Shown piece by piece: positions 23,810 through 35,962 of a stretch of DNA of 64,000 bases. Source of the DNA: Camelus ferus (Eukaryota); assembly GCF_009834535.1 (NCBI RefSeq), contig NC_045729.1, positions 11,718,001 through 11,782,000 of the forward strand. Reading direction: 5' to 3'. The position numbers were made by a program, and so were the translations under genes. Each line of letters starts with the position of its first letter. Positions within the stretch are counted from its first letter, which is position 1. Below the pieces are notes generated by a model. That model ran no database searches and had not been told where the DNA came from. It saw only the letters and a list, made by a program, of their open reading frames with translations.

Positions 23810-24280
23810 GTGGAGTCCTTACTTCTAAGGCATGCCCTTTTTTAAAGATGAATGTCCAGGATATTTTGTATCTCAGCTGGAATCCTAAGGTATTAAAATG
23901 TGTTAAACAAGACCCTTCACTTTTGCTGGGCTGGCCCTCTGATGTCTCCCAACAGGGTGACCTCTGGCAGCTCTGTGCCACTCTCCACCTTGCAGCAGCT
24001 CCTCTGGTGAGCACCAGGTGATGTTGCCCCATGGGAACTGGGTGGATTCACTTAGAAATTTCTGCAGCCACTCTTGGTACAAAGGCCTCCACTCTGGTGC
24101 CCCTTTTCAGAATCTCCAGCCATCTCAGTGCCCTGAACACCGATCTTTGCTTCCTCAGCTCAGCAGGACTAACTTGCTCTTATTGGAGCCGAGGGGCTAT
24201 ACCTCCTTTGAGGAACTGTCCTCCAGGAAAGGGCCAGTGAGTTTCCTTCTCCCGAGGATTGTAGTCTTGTATTTCTTATA
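21300..24280 (-). mobile_element. Old L1M (L1ME/L1MD-type) 5'/ORF1-region remnants
   Basis: T-rich strand with typical old-L1 phrases (gagactccagtttcatgtacgttaggcc, tctgctaaatccaacatttgggccatctc); no intact ORF; boundaries approximate. Confidence 0.7.
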
Positions 24281-24604
24281 AAAGGTAACCAGTAAATTTT
24301 ACTTCTTCCACTGACCTGACTTAGGAGGCACTGGGTCATGGGAAGCTAATGTGAGAGATACTCTAATCACTTACAACTCCTCCTTCCACACTTTAAGAAA
24401 ATTCATAGGAAAGTTTGAGTTTCACTTGTTTTCTAACACTATGTTTATAGAGGCTGCATTGCTACTGGGTAGAGATTTCACTAGGCTGGTCCTTCTTGCT
24501 TCTCAATGCTTACATAAGAAAGGTGGATCAACATTAGAAAGTCGTACAGATTCAGTAAAAGGATTTTTTTTAAATAAAGACTGGTTGTTTCTGAGTAAGA
24601 AAAG

Positions 24605-24720
24605 ACAATGTTCATTCAGTAAACATTTTGTTAAGTGTCTACTTTAAGAATTGGATATTCAGAGAGAATCCGAGATGCAGCTTCTGCCATCAGGGCACAC
24701 ACAATCTGGAGAACCATTTG
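24605..24720 (-). mobile_element. L2 3'-end fragment
   Basis: ttcattcagtaaacattttgttaagtgtctact. Confidence 0.6.
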
Positions 24721-25886
24721 CAGCTTGCTGTATTAACCCCTGGTGCTAGTCTGACTGATCTCCTGGGGCAAAATTATACCCTCAAACTGCACTGCTGATT
24801 TCTCAGAAGCTGTGACTTTATGTTTGTAACATTTTGTTCTCCCCAAAGAGAATGCTTTTAAGTTAGCTTACTCAGAGATCTTTGTAGGGTTGTGCAAAGG
24901 GCCCCTGGGAATGAATGGGAAGGGAAGGTAGTTACCATTCTACAATCCTCTTCTTGGATCTTCCTTTCTTTATTTAAAACAAAACACAAAATACTCAAAG
25001 AGCTGTGGTAGCTATGGGCAATTCCCAGAGAAGGGTTCTATTTCCAACAGTTCTGGGTCCCAGACAGGAATTTTAGTCTTTATTCCCATCTTCCCCGCCA
25101 ATCCAACCCATTCTCTTTCCACCATCTTGGGTCCTCAATCCCTTCTTTTCTGCAGGCCTCTCCAAGACCTACCCCCACCCCACCTCACAGCATCCTTTCC
25201 TGGATGCTTTGTTCCTTTCTGTTCACAGGCTGAGGACAGAAAAGATGCTGAAGAAGCTGGTGCTCTGAGCTGTCGTCTAAGATGTCTTCAGGTTTTTGAT
25301 GGAGAGGTGCATTGTTACCAGGAAAAAAAAAATCTTCTAATACCCAAATGTTCAGATTTATCTTATTACATTTGTGAAAGAAAAATTATCAAATTAAAAG
25401 TTAGTAAAATTCTGCTAAGATAAAAGGAATTACTAAAAACTGTACTCTTAGATTCTAAACTGAATTGAGGTAGGACAGGTCTATCGGGTCTCCAAGGGCA
25501 GTGAGGTCTGGAACCTGTATTTCAGTATCAATGGGGTATTTTAATAGCTGAGATGCTTCCTAAAGAACCTTGGGCATATTGCGTTTAGTTTGGTGCTGGG
25601 ATGAAGTGGGCAGCGAACCAGGGCTCCTGCCAGGCCCAGATGGTCCTGGTCCAGGCTGGTCACTTGGGCTCTTTCCTTCCTGACTGTGGTCCCAGGCACT
25701 TGGCCCAATTCCTACTGCTTTTCTAGGCTGCCCCACCTGGGGCAACCCTGAAGCAGTCAGTCTTATCCCTCAAGCATGGCTGTGGGGTAGAATATAATTT
25801 CTCCAGCCTCAGTCATTCCCGCTATCCCCCTAAATGAATACCTCGTCTCTTTCAGACAATGGAAAATCCAGGAATAAAACTCATGC

Positions 25887-25908
25887 ACACACACACACAC
25901 ACACACAC
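25887..25908. repeat. (CA)n microsatellite
   Basis: About 11 CA units. Confidence 0.9.
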
Positions 25909-28789
25909 AAATGGTGAGTAACTCATATCTGTAGGTCTTCCAGAGCCTGTCCTGATGTATGGTTTCTTTCTCTGAGCTGGGATCATATGGTAAGGGTTTC
26001 TTCTCTCTCACCTATTCTTTTTTTTTTTTTTTAATCTTTTGTTTTGTCTTTTTTCTCCTCCCATCTATTCTTGGAGGAAGGAAAACAGGAACTGAACGTA
26101 TCTGTGCTGAAAACTTTCACGTACAACCCCACTTCACAGATAAGTGTGTTGAAACTCAGATATAAGCAGCTTGTTCCACAGTCAGCGGAACGACTCAAAT
26201 TTGGACTGACTCCCTCAGACTTCTGTATATCCTGCAAATCTTCTTTTCTCTCAGATATCCTAGGTCAGGGTATAAAAAATTTTTTTAAATGGAAAAAGCA
26301 TTTTTTAACACATGAAATTTTATAGACTTTCCTACTGTGTACAGTAAGTAAAAATCAGAGTTTCTCTCGTTGAAGCGGGAGCCTCATTTGGAAATCACTG
26401 GTCCAGGTCCCAAAGATTCCCTGCTCCCCGCAGGCCCTCGGGGGTGAACAGGAAGGTGGATTAGGAGCTGGTCATTCCACAGCAACAATTAGACCAGGAA
26501 ACACAGTCCTTGGTCTCAACAGTCACTTACTTCTTTGGAGAGTTTCAGATGACCTTTGTTTTCCATGTCCCTAAGGGCTCTGGTGACCCTGCCGTGGACA
26601 ACCTTCAGTTTTGTCAGCGTCCGCGTGACACGACTTCCAGAGCTACACATGACAATCCGTCTTTAACTGAGCGACCTACCATGATCAACCCTTTTGAGAA
26701 GCATCAGTGGAAACTGACAGCAGATGTCCTGCTGTTCCGGAAGGCCAGGACCCGGAGAGATCACGGCTTAAGTTTCCTTCTGATGCAGCCGAATGGGGCT
26801 GTGAAAAACCAGAGGTGGTTTTTGTTATGTGCGTGTGTCATGTTTCTGCTGCTTTCTAAGCTCTCTGGCCAAAGTGGATGTCATATTCTGTCCTGGGCAC
26901 GGCCTCTGAGTGCTCAGCCTGGGCCAAGCACCAGGCTGGTGATCGGAGAGCTAGGAAATGAGCCAGCTGATCTGAAGCACATTACATCAGACATGGCCCG
27001 AGGTGGGAAGGAAGGCCTCCTTGCTAGAAAGCAAGGAGGATTTTGGCTCTGAGAGATTGGATTCAGTAACTTCACCTCCTTGGCTGGGAGCCAGCCCTCT
27101 TGCCAGCAGCTCTCATATGGTCTACAAAAAGTTCAGACCCAAAGTCCCCGATCCCTGCCTTACGTGTTGACGTCACAGCCTTCCTTGAGAGATCTATCAC
27201 CTTGCTGGGGGCAGGGAGAGCTTTAAGGAAAGGGGAGATAGCACAAAATCTGATTGAAGATTTTATAAGAGTTTAAAAAAATCTTACTAACTTTTCTAAC
27301 TTTAAATTTGGGGAGCAATGTTGACTCTGTAGTGGAAAATTGTAAACCCTGAATCAGAACGCTGTCCATCCATCACCTTCCTTTCAAGTTAAATAAAACC
27401 ATATAATGGGTAGGGGTGGCTATATTGGCGTTCAACATTAAATTTAGAAATTAGAGTCTTGTAGTCGTTTCTCAATTAACTTCAGAAATTGGTTTTTGCA
27501 GTCAAGGAATTTGATCTCAAGAGCACTTGAAGTTAAATATTTTTTTTTTATTCCGTAGTCTCCAGCTCTCTCTTTGCACCGTGCTGGCTACTATGAACTG
27601 CACGTGCTAATGGTTCCATGTTCAGGACCCTGCAGCACCTCTCAGATGTTTAAAACAAAACCCCACACACCTTAATTAATTATACAGAGGCCCTGGCTGT
27701 CTCCCCTCTGAATTCTTAAAGTTGAATCCTGGGGTGGAAATTAAACTGGTTAGAGGGGCCCAGAGGGTACATGAAAGAATAAAAGACAAAGCACCTTGAT
27801 AGGATTTATCACATCTGATACCCTTTTCACCCACAAACTAGGGAGCTATTCCCAGGGAAATCCACAGTTCACTAACTGAGACCCAGGAGAGAGAAATCCC
27901 AAAGTCATCTGTTGGTACTAAAACCCAAATCTTCTGACAGATTGACCCTTTTCCCATCACAAACTCTCCAATTTCAGGAGCACCAGGGTACCAGTGGACA
28001 GTGATGGCTGCAGGAACCCCTTAAGGGGTGAATGATCTGGTCAAGGGCATTGGTGTCTTCTGGTTTTGGAAAGTTGATCTGGGACTATTTGATCCCTACC
28101 TCAAACAGGTGCTTAAGAAAATCATAAAATATTTAAGAAGTGCTTTAAGTTTCAGGAAAGTAACGTTCCAGGCGGCAGAAATGGGAAATGTGTTTCAGGT
28201 ACCAGCTCGCGTCTCCTCGACTCCCCCAAGGTGGCCCACTTCATCCCGGCCTGGCTGTGTGTGAACACCTAAGGATGTCACACGTAGACTTGCCACCTTT
28301 CTGTAGCCATGTGTGTTGCTGAGAACAGAGTGATACATTATTCACATGTCCAAGAAGGGACTTAAAGGGGTGAGAGTGAGAAGAGAAGGAGGTAGCAGCA
28401 GGGAGGCGAGAAGGGGAGGAAGGGGGGCAAGTGAAAGCTGACAACGCCGGGGAGCCCAAGCTGTTAACCTGCGGGGTCTGGATCTCCTCTGCCGTTCCTC
28501 CCGCAAGGCGAACCTGAGACTCGCTGGCCAGCTCTTGCAGAGAACTGTGCCAAGCTCCGCTGTGGCCAGGCCGTCTCGGTGACAAGAGACAGTGGGGAGC
28601 AGAGCTGTTCACTTGGCATCCTTCGCCATCACTAAGGTCACTGATCAAATATGAAACTGATCCCACACACATGGCTTCATGAAGATGCTCAGGGAAGAAG
28701 GAAGCCAGAGCAAGGGGCAGTGATCAGACACACATGGGCACAGCCTCCTGAAACACACCCGGGAGGTCTCAGGTCAGCCACGCTGCCGC

Positions 28790-30115
28790 AGTGAAGCAGC
28801 CAGCTTGTGTTTACTTTCAATGCAAAACGTTTTCCTTTGTGTATCATCCCATCACCTCTTATTTCTCAGGAAGTGATACAAAGCAACAGGCTTCACGATG
28901 CCATCAGTGTCCAGTTTGTCAGCGTTCATGTCACACTACACAGTCAGGTACTGTAACTATACAAAATGCAGAGAATAAAATGTTACTAGTTACATGGGTT
29001 AAAATGAAACTGACAGCCCCAAAGAAAACGAAACAGAAAGAAAGCTGTCGGAATCCACAGAGACCCTTGACAATATTACCAAAAAAACAAAAAACAAAAA
29101 ACAAAAAAAACCAAGCCAAATAATTGTCCTAGCATGCTTCAGTTCATTGCCATAACTTCGTAAGTTCCCAGCTCTTCGGGAGAAAGAAAGTGCGTGTTCA
29201 CAGCCTACAGTTCGCAAAGAAATAGCTTTTACACGTATGCAGGTCAACGGAAAACAAAACAAGAATGCAAACTCTAGGCACCAAGATTGCTCAGACAGCA
29301 ACGAAGTCTAAAGAACCTGATTTCCAAGTCTTCTGAACCGGATCTGGTTTGTTGAAAAAAGTCTAGACATTGACATTAGTCTAAGAGGGCCAAGGAAGAC
29401 ACACTTAATTGTTAATAAGGAGAGGGAAAAAAAAACATCAAGAACTAGAACAATTAAGACTTAAATATTTTTCCTACTCTACGTTGAAGCTGAATCCCAG
29501 CTTTTCGTATTTGGAAAAGATGAGCAGTTGGTCTGCGGGGAGCAGCCCTCTCTGTTCCCCCAGCCACCCTCTCCGCTCTGACCCGGTAGCCGATGGTGGA
29601 GGACAGGTCGCACTGGGAGGATTTCCTTGAAGCAGAATTACCATTTCTCCGTGAATGGCCATTTCTCTTTTTAACAATGAGGTATAATCTGACACTAACA
29701 ACGCCTGTGCCTTTTCTTGGGCTACTAACTTGATCAACAGTGTGGGCAGAAAACACTCCAACATTCTGGTGAAATCACACACATACAAAAATTATTGCAC
29801 TTAAAAACAACAACAAACTCAGCCCGACCAGCAAAGGGCCAGTGGAACTCTTCGCAGGTGCTGCCCTTCCTGCCCTTTGCGGAGCGTGTGGACCTTTCTG
29901 GAGCCCGGTTGAACTTGGTCCGTTACTGAATGTCCAGAAGTGAGAGAGTCCAAAAGACACTGTAGGCTCTTTAAGGCTAAGTCTTCCGGTGCTTCTATGA
30001 GAGAAATGATTTCCTTGGCCACATACTACAAAGCAGGACTCTTTTTAACAAATGGCTAATAGGGCCCCCAAACCACGCTGGAAGCAAGGGGGATGGGTGC
30101 ACATCACATCCTGTC
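28790..30115 (-). other. PTPRO: PTPRO terminal non-coding exon (3'UTR)
   Basis: Acceptor tctctctctcattcacag|G at 30116/30115; start resembles the human PTPRO 3'UTR as recalled; 3' end inferred from AGTAAA at 28810-28815. Confidence 0.75.
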
Positions 30116-31162
30116 CTGTGAATGAGAGAGAGAGACGCGGTAAGCAGCCTGGGAGAGCAAATCCGCTCAGCAACAGCTCTGTGGCTGAAGTACAGCCGTC
30201 TCCTCCTGACGCCATCACCAGCTCTCATTACACTCAGCCCCACGGCCCACGTGGACGTGGGTTCCCTGTGCGCCTTCCTCTGTGCAAGTCCTCCTCTCTG
30301 TGGCTCTGAATGCCCTTCCCTCCACCTGCACTGTCTGTCTTTCTTTATTCTTCATCCTCTGCCTCTTCATGCTTTCTGTCTCTGTTGATGGATGTAAAGG
30401 TAAAACACTAATCCTGTCCTGGTACCACTGACCCATATCTTTCCATTTTCCTTCCACAACATACCCCTGTCCTCTCCCCACACTGTCAATGCCCCCCTCC
30501 TCTGCCAGCCTCAATATATTCAAACACCTTCCATGCTAGGTTTATTGAACTGAATTAGATTATCCTTTACTTCAGCCAAGATTACTTACACCTCCAAAAT
30601 CTGATCTCCTAGTGAAAATGTGAGCACAAAGCATTGGTTATGTTATGAATTTTTTTTTTCCATGAAGCAATCAAGTAAGTGCTTGGATGACAGATGAGAT
30701 CAAGGATTTCAAACCTCTGTTCTCCTGAGACTATTGGCAGCATTGTTTTTCTCCTTCGAGGTGTCTACTTCAGCTCATGTCTTCTTTATAACCCCTTGCA
30801 TGATGCTTGTAATCAATAAAATAGTTGCATAAAATATCTAGATAAATAGAGTCGGATGGTACTATCCTGATATTGCAGGCACAGATCCAACATCAGAAGA
30901 ATCCTGGGTTCAGGGCGGAGGGGATGGAGGGCAGGTCTTTAGGAGTTGCAGACCACTCCCACCAACCAAGGCTCACTGACGCGCTATCTGCTTCCATATT
31001 TGTCTCTCCCTATGACCACCTCCCTGTGACCACCTCTGTGGAGACAGAGTCCGCACAAATGGTTGCTGCTGCCTTTGGTTGTACCCCTCACTCCCTCTCC
31101 CGTTGTTCCAAGTCCAGGTGCCTGTGACGGGCTCTCCTCTACTTACTGCTCCGGATTCTGAA

Positions 31163-31267
31163 CTAGGACTTGCTGACGTTCTCATAGATGACGTCACTGA
31201 TGCAGAACTGCTGCTTCTTCTTCGTCCACATCAGCTGCACACACTGATGGATGAAAATGTACTGCTC
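31163..31267 (-). CDS. PTPRO: PTPRO last coding exon ([34 protein letters not shown])
   Basis: ttgcgcag|GAG acceptor; TAG at 31165-31163; exon continues 16 nt to a GCA|gtaagt donor at 31147/31146; YENV fits the pY-x-N Grb2-SH2 motif. Confidence 0.97.
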   Translation of the reverse strand, partial: EQYIFIHQCVQLMWTKKKQQFCISDVIYENVSKS

Positions 31268-31399
31268 CTGCGCAACAGGAAAAGCACGTTTTAGAGCAGG
31301 GTATCTTCGTGCGAATGTGTGCAAAAATGTAATATTTTAATACTTTGGCATTATTAAATACTATGACGTGATGTCAAATAATTCTTATTTATGAAACAC

Positions 31400-32340
31400 A
31401 ATTTTGTAACTGGGAAATCCACTGAAAATCAACTGTAAAAATATTTTGATTAGTAATAGGGCTTAGACCATCATGACTTAATGCTAAAGACAGTGAATAT
31501 TCAAACAACTAATCAAGGGGCTATTTTGAAAAAAAAAGTGCATCACCTCATAATACACTGAAAAAATTCTAGGAAATTTAATAAATTAAGCCATAAAAGT
31601 ATGAAGGAAAATACAGGTTCATTCCTCTCTGATTACTTTAAGGAAGGATTTTTCTAAACGTTCAACAATGAAATAAATTACAAACAAAATTTTCAAACTA
31701 TTGTATGTAAAAAGCAGTTTAAAAACAGAATAAAATAAAGGGCAAACCAGAAACTAAGAGGCACACAAATATTTTCTACAATTGTGATGAATGTCAACAC
31801 CCTTATTTTGGTTTAGAAGTCATCGAAATCAGTAACATGCACACTTAAATTGACAAGTAAATAAAATACGCCAACCACTAGACCAAAGGTCCCAGGAAGG
31901 CAAGGACTGTGTCTTTTGATTCCTAATGCCTAACACTTAGTTTGTGCTTATTTAATGTTTTTTTAAAGTAAGCTGAGGAAATATTAAAACATATGCAAAA
32001 AATGGCCAAGTAATAAAAAATGTAAATTAAAGCAATTGTTTTTCATCTACGTCGCAAAGCTAAAGGAAAAAGTAACATTCGGTGAAGCGTTGAGTCTGTT
32101 GAAGCAGTCATTTTTACCTATTGTTGGTGGAGGTACAATTCATAAAATGCTAATAAATGACACTGTGGACAGATAAAAGTAAGCAAGTAGGAAATGATCC
32201 AATTTAATGTCCTATTAAAAAGGAGGATGTTTTAAGTAAGCAACGGCATATCTAAAATGAAACATTATTCAGTCTTTAAAACGAGATTTATAGAGTTTTA
32301 GGCAATTTGGGATGATCCCCTTAGCACAATGCCGAGAGAA
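31400..32340 (+). mobile_element. Degraded L1M fragments with an embedded L2 tail fragment (about 31870-31960)
   Basis: A-rich strand with L1 3' phrases (ataaaagtatgaaggaaaatacagg, tattgttggtggaggtacaatt). Confidence 0.5.
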
Positions 32341-33084
32341 AACAGAATGCAAAATTAGCATATGCGTATAGAGCATTTGAGCTCCATTGTGTGAAAAGTG
32401 TGCTTGCCTGAAGGTCGAGTTGAGATCAGCCAAAATACTGAGGGTAGCTGTCTTTATGCCCTGAAGTCAAGGTCATTTCATGATTTCCTTTTTCCTCATT
32501 TCCCCAGTTTCTCTCTAAGTAACACCATGATAAGTAACCTTCAAATAAGAACCATTTAAGATAGTCACATGGGATTTCAAGGAGCCTTTCGTGTGACACC
32601 CTCACACAAAGGATGAGGTTAGGTACTTCGCACTTCCCTGGGTGGATACCCAGCCTCATTGTATTTTTCAACAAAATTTGGAGAAAATGTTTTCCCTTAT
32701 TTTGTGACAATGTCACATCAGTAGCTGAGCGTCTCCTTCTTGTCGTGACATGCCCCTCCGTGGTTTCTGGCTCTGTGTCAAGCATGGGGCACCGATAAGA
32801 TTTCTCAACCCGTAACTGCGCAGTGGCCAAACTTTGTGTCCAAAAAAAAAATTGTAGCTAGGCCACAGAAAAAGTAAATAAAAGACTATTTACAGACACA
32901 TCTCTGCACGTTCCTGAGAAATCTAAGCCGCGGATCAGGAGGGCTGGCCACTCAAAGCAAGGCCCTAACTGACCTCCAGGGAAAGCCTGTTAGAGGAGAA
33001 CTAAAGAAAGCCTTGATGAAAACAGCAGAGCGCGCAGGGGAGGCGAAGACCGTCCGCACGTGGCACTTGACAGTTTCAGAGCAC

Positions 33085-33230
33085 TTGTCTAGATGAGCTC
33101 AGTTCACCGGGTGTGCACTTTACAATGAACAGTTCATGAATGTTGTCGTTCACACATCACAGAGGAGGGACGGGAGCTCTGAGAGGTGAGGCGAGTTGTA
33201 CAGTGGTCGTGCTGGGACCCGGGCCTCTTG
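33085..33230 (-). mobile_element. MIR fragment
   Basis: acagaggagggacgggagctctgagaggtgagg, a diverged core. Confidence 0.5.
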
Positions 33231-34149
33231 TGGGGTCAGGCCTGAGGATCCTGCTCTCTGACTACCCCTTGCTGCCCTCATGCAGAGGTCCACACAGCCT
33301 GCCTGGTCAGCCGAGAAAGGGGAGGAGGGCGTGTCAAAATCCAGCCCATGCATTGTGTTGCAGGGACCTGAAATGTGCATCTGAGGATGTGGTCAAATCA
33401 ATCAGTGACTTCTGTTGTTTGGAGAGAGGGGTGGGGTGGTAGGATCAGGGTGATGGGGCAGCCTAGAGGACATAGGAAAATGAGAAACCAGCATGGGCAG
33501 TCACCTGCTACACTATATGCTGTGATTTCTATACACGTATAGACTCAGAAATCAACTGGAGACTCATTCTGGCCTCTTGAAAATCATTAGTTTCAAAGAG
33601 GTGCTCTGAGATGCTGAAGCTGAAGAAAATATTATTTTTTTACTCTGCTCTTTTCTTATGAACCATCAGTAAACTAGGAGGCGGCAGGGCAAGCGTGTGA
33701 ATGGGCTCAAGGAGGATGTTAGGAAAATTCTAACGTTCAAAATACAGGTTGAACCACAAAAAGCACAGGAAGGAGGGAAAACAGAGGTAAATAAACGGAC
33801 AAGATGTTCCAGACATAACTTACAAAAACCAGCACAAATAAATAACTGGAGAGGATCACTGCAAAATCCTGAGGGAACGCAAGAGTGAACCGTAACAGCT
33901 GGGAAAAACAAGTAAACTGTAGTGACCTCCGCCTCTTCTGCTGACTTTGAATTTTCCCATGAGAGTCCAGGGAAGGGATATCATACTTTAAAAAAGACTG
34001 TGTCCCTGGAGATGTCAACCTAAAATGCTACCATAAACAAAGAAGCAAGCAGAATTTGGGGAAAGAAAGTTGGGGAGAGAACAAAACTGGTTCTCAGCTT
34101 GGCAGAAAGTCACATGGTGGCTGCCCTAGTTTCATGGGATCATCCAACC

Positions 34150-34480
34150 TGAAGGAAGATAATGGTGCTGAAAATTGGATGGAGGGTCTGTCATGTGAAG
34201 GTGGTTTTTAAAAGGGGGTTAAGATTCTGTAGTTGGAATGAATGGTGAAAGCAAACAGGCTATAATCAAAGCCTATAAAGTTATAAAGGTTTTAATTAAG
34301 CCAATGAGGGCAGACAATTCATCAAATCCAAAATACTTGAAATAAGGAGTGGCTAAGAGCTTCAAAGGAAGCTCGGGGATTAACATACATAATGGGGAGT
34401 TTTAATCATATAGTAGGTTATAGATTTATGGAAGTGAAAGCCAAAAATATGGACAGATTCACAAAGCACTGTCTAATCAC
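34150..34480 (+). mobile_element. CR1/L3-like LINE fragment
   Basis: ataatcaaagcctataaagttataaaggt resembles the CR1 RT C-terminal region; highly diverged. Confidence 0.4.
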
Positions 34481-34837
34481 TAGGTAGTGCGCTTCTCTGG
34501 GAAACCAGGACATTTTAAACTTATAACAAGTTCATGTCCCCAGAGCAGTCGGTTAGAAGGCGGCAGGACTGGCATAGGTGGGCTGTTATACTAAGGAAGG
34601 GAGGATGCTGTTACAGGACTTAATCCTAATCACCCATGAGCCATCTGAATGGGGAATGAGTTACTCTTCCCAAAGTGCTGTGATCTTGCTGTAGCTCAGA
34701 AGTAAACCTTTGGAACGGTTGTGCCCAGCCGTGGTCAGAAGGGAACGGGGAGGTGAGGGAGAAATGTAAAAAGGGTGGGAAAGGGGAACCGGAAGCATGG
34801 AGAGACAGCAGCCATTACTGCAGGCTTTTGAGTCACA

Positions 34838-34851
34838 CTGCCATCTAGTGG
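34838..34851 (-). promoter_or_regulatory. CTCF core motif CCACTAGATGGCAG
   Basis: Exact match to CCASYAGRKGGCRS on the minus strand; binding unproven. Confidence 0.6.
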
Positions 34852-35788
34852 TGGCTGGTGGGAAAAGCCGGAGGAAGATGAAGGCACCTTTTTTTTTTAA
34901 CCCCCTGGGAATTGAGTCAGAGGTCAGGCCAGGTTGTGTTGTATCCCACCAGCGTTCCTCCCACACACACTTCTTGAGAAGAAGGATTAGTGTTCACCTA
35001 AAGCTAAGAAGTTGCAAGTACGGCTGGGTGACCGGGATTGCGGAGAAGCTATGGTGCTTAGGTTTGGAGCGCACACAGGCGTACGCCGTGCACTGCTGGG
35101 CTGATGCCGTCTGCAGGCACCGGCCCCGGGGGTTGCCGCTCCAGCCTGGGTGCATTCTAAAGCTTCAAGGGAGGAGAGGACTTGGGAGAAGAGGAGGAGG
35201 AGGCGCACGTAACACTGACAGATGTTTCTGGGGATGCCTTCACATTGTTACAATGATGAATCCACTCTAAATCAAGGAAACTGGTGGCACTGGTAGATTG
35301 GGGACTGAAAATCCTTAAAATCAAACGGGGGACAGAAAGCATAAATCCAACCCATGTTATTATCAAAAGTGAACTGGGATAGAGAATCCCACGGGGGACA
35401 AACTAATGACAAGCTTATTGAATCAAATCTAGCCTTTTAAATAGAAATTAAATCACATCAACTCCATACCAGATTTGGTGGCATTTACTCAGATGCACTT
35501 TTACGTTCACCAAACTCTTAGTCTATTCAAAGAGCTTTATTCCATTATAGATACATCCATGTGTTCTGTATTACTGAAGGGCGTACGACACCAATAAAAG
35601 TGCAGGCACTATAAACCGAACAGATTTTCAGAGGCCAGTATCTGTTTCTTTTATACCTTAGAGTAGTTTGAATGCACACAATAAGAATGACAGATGGAAA
35701 AATAATTTCGTAGTGATGGTTTTGAAATATGAGATTGAATAATGGAATGTTTTCCCATCAAGGGCAAATTTCAAAATACATATGATTA

Positions 35789-35962
<174 letters not shown>

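Noticed and set aside
28974-28979. Plus-strand AATAAA inside the PTPRO 3'UTR as an EPS8 distal poly(A) site
   Set aside because: 9.6 kb past two good EPS8 signals; equally explained as U-rich sequence on the PTPRO strand.
31079-31294. Antisense ORF over the last PTPRO coding exon
   Set aside because: Shadow frame of coding sequence, with no Kozak context or splice support.
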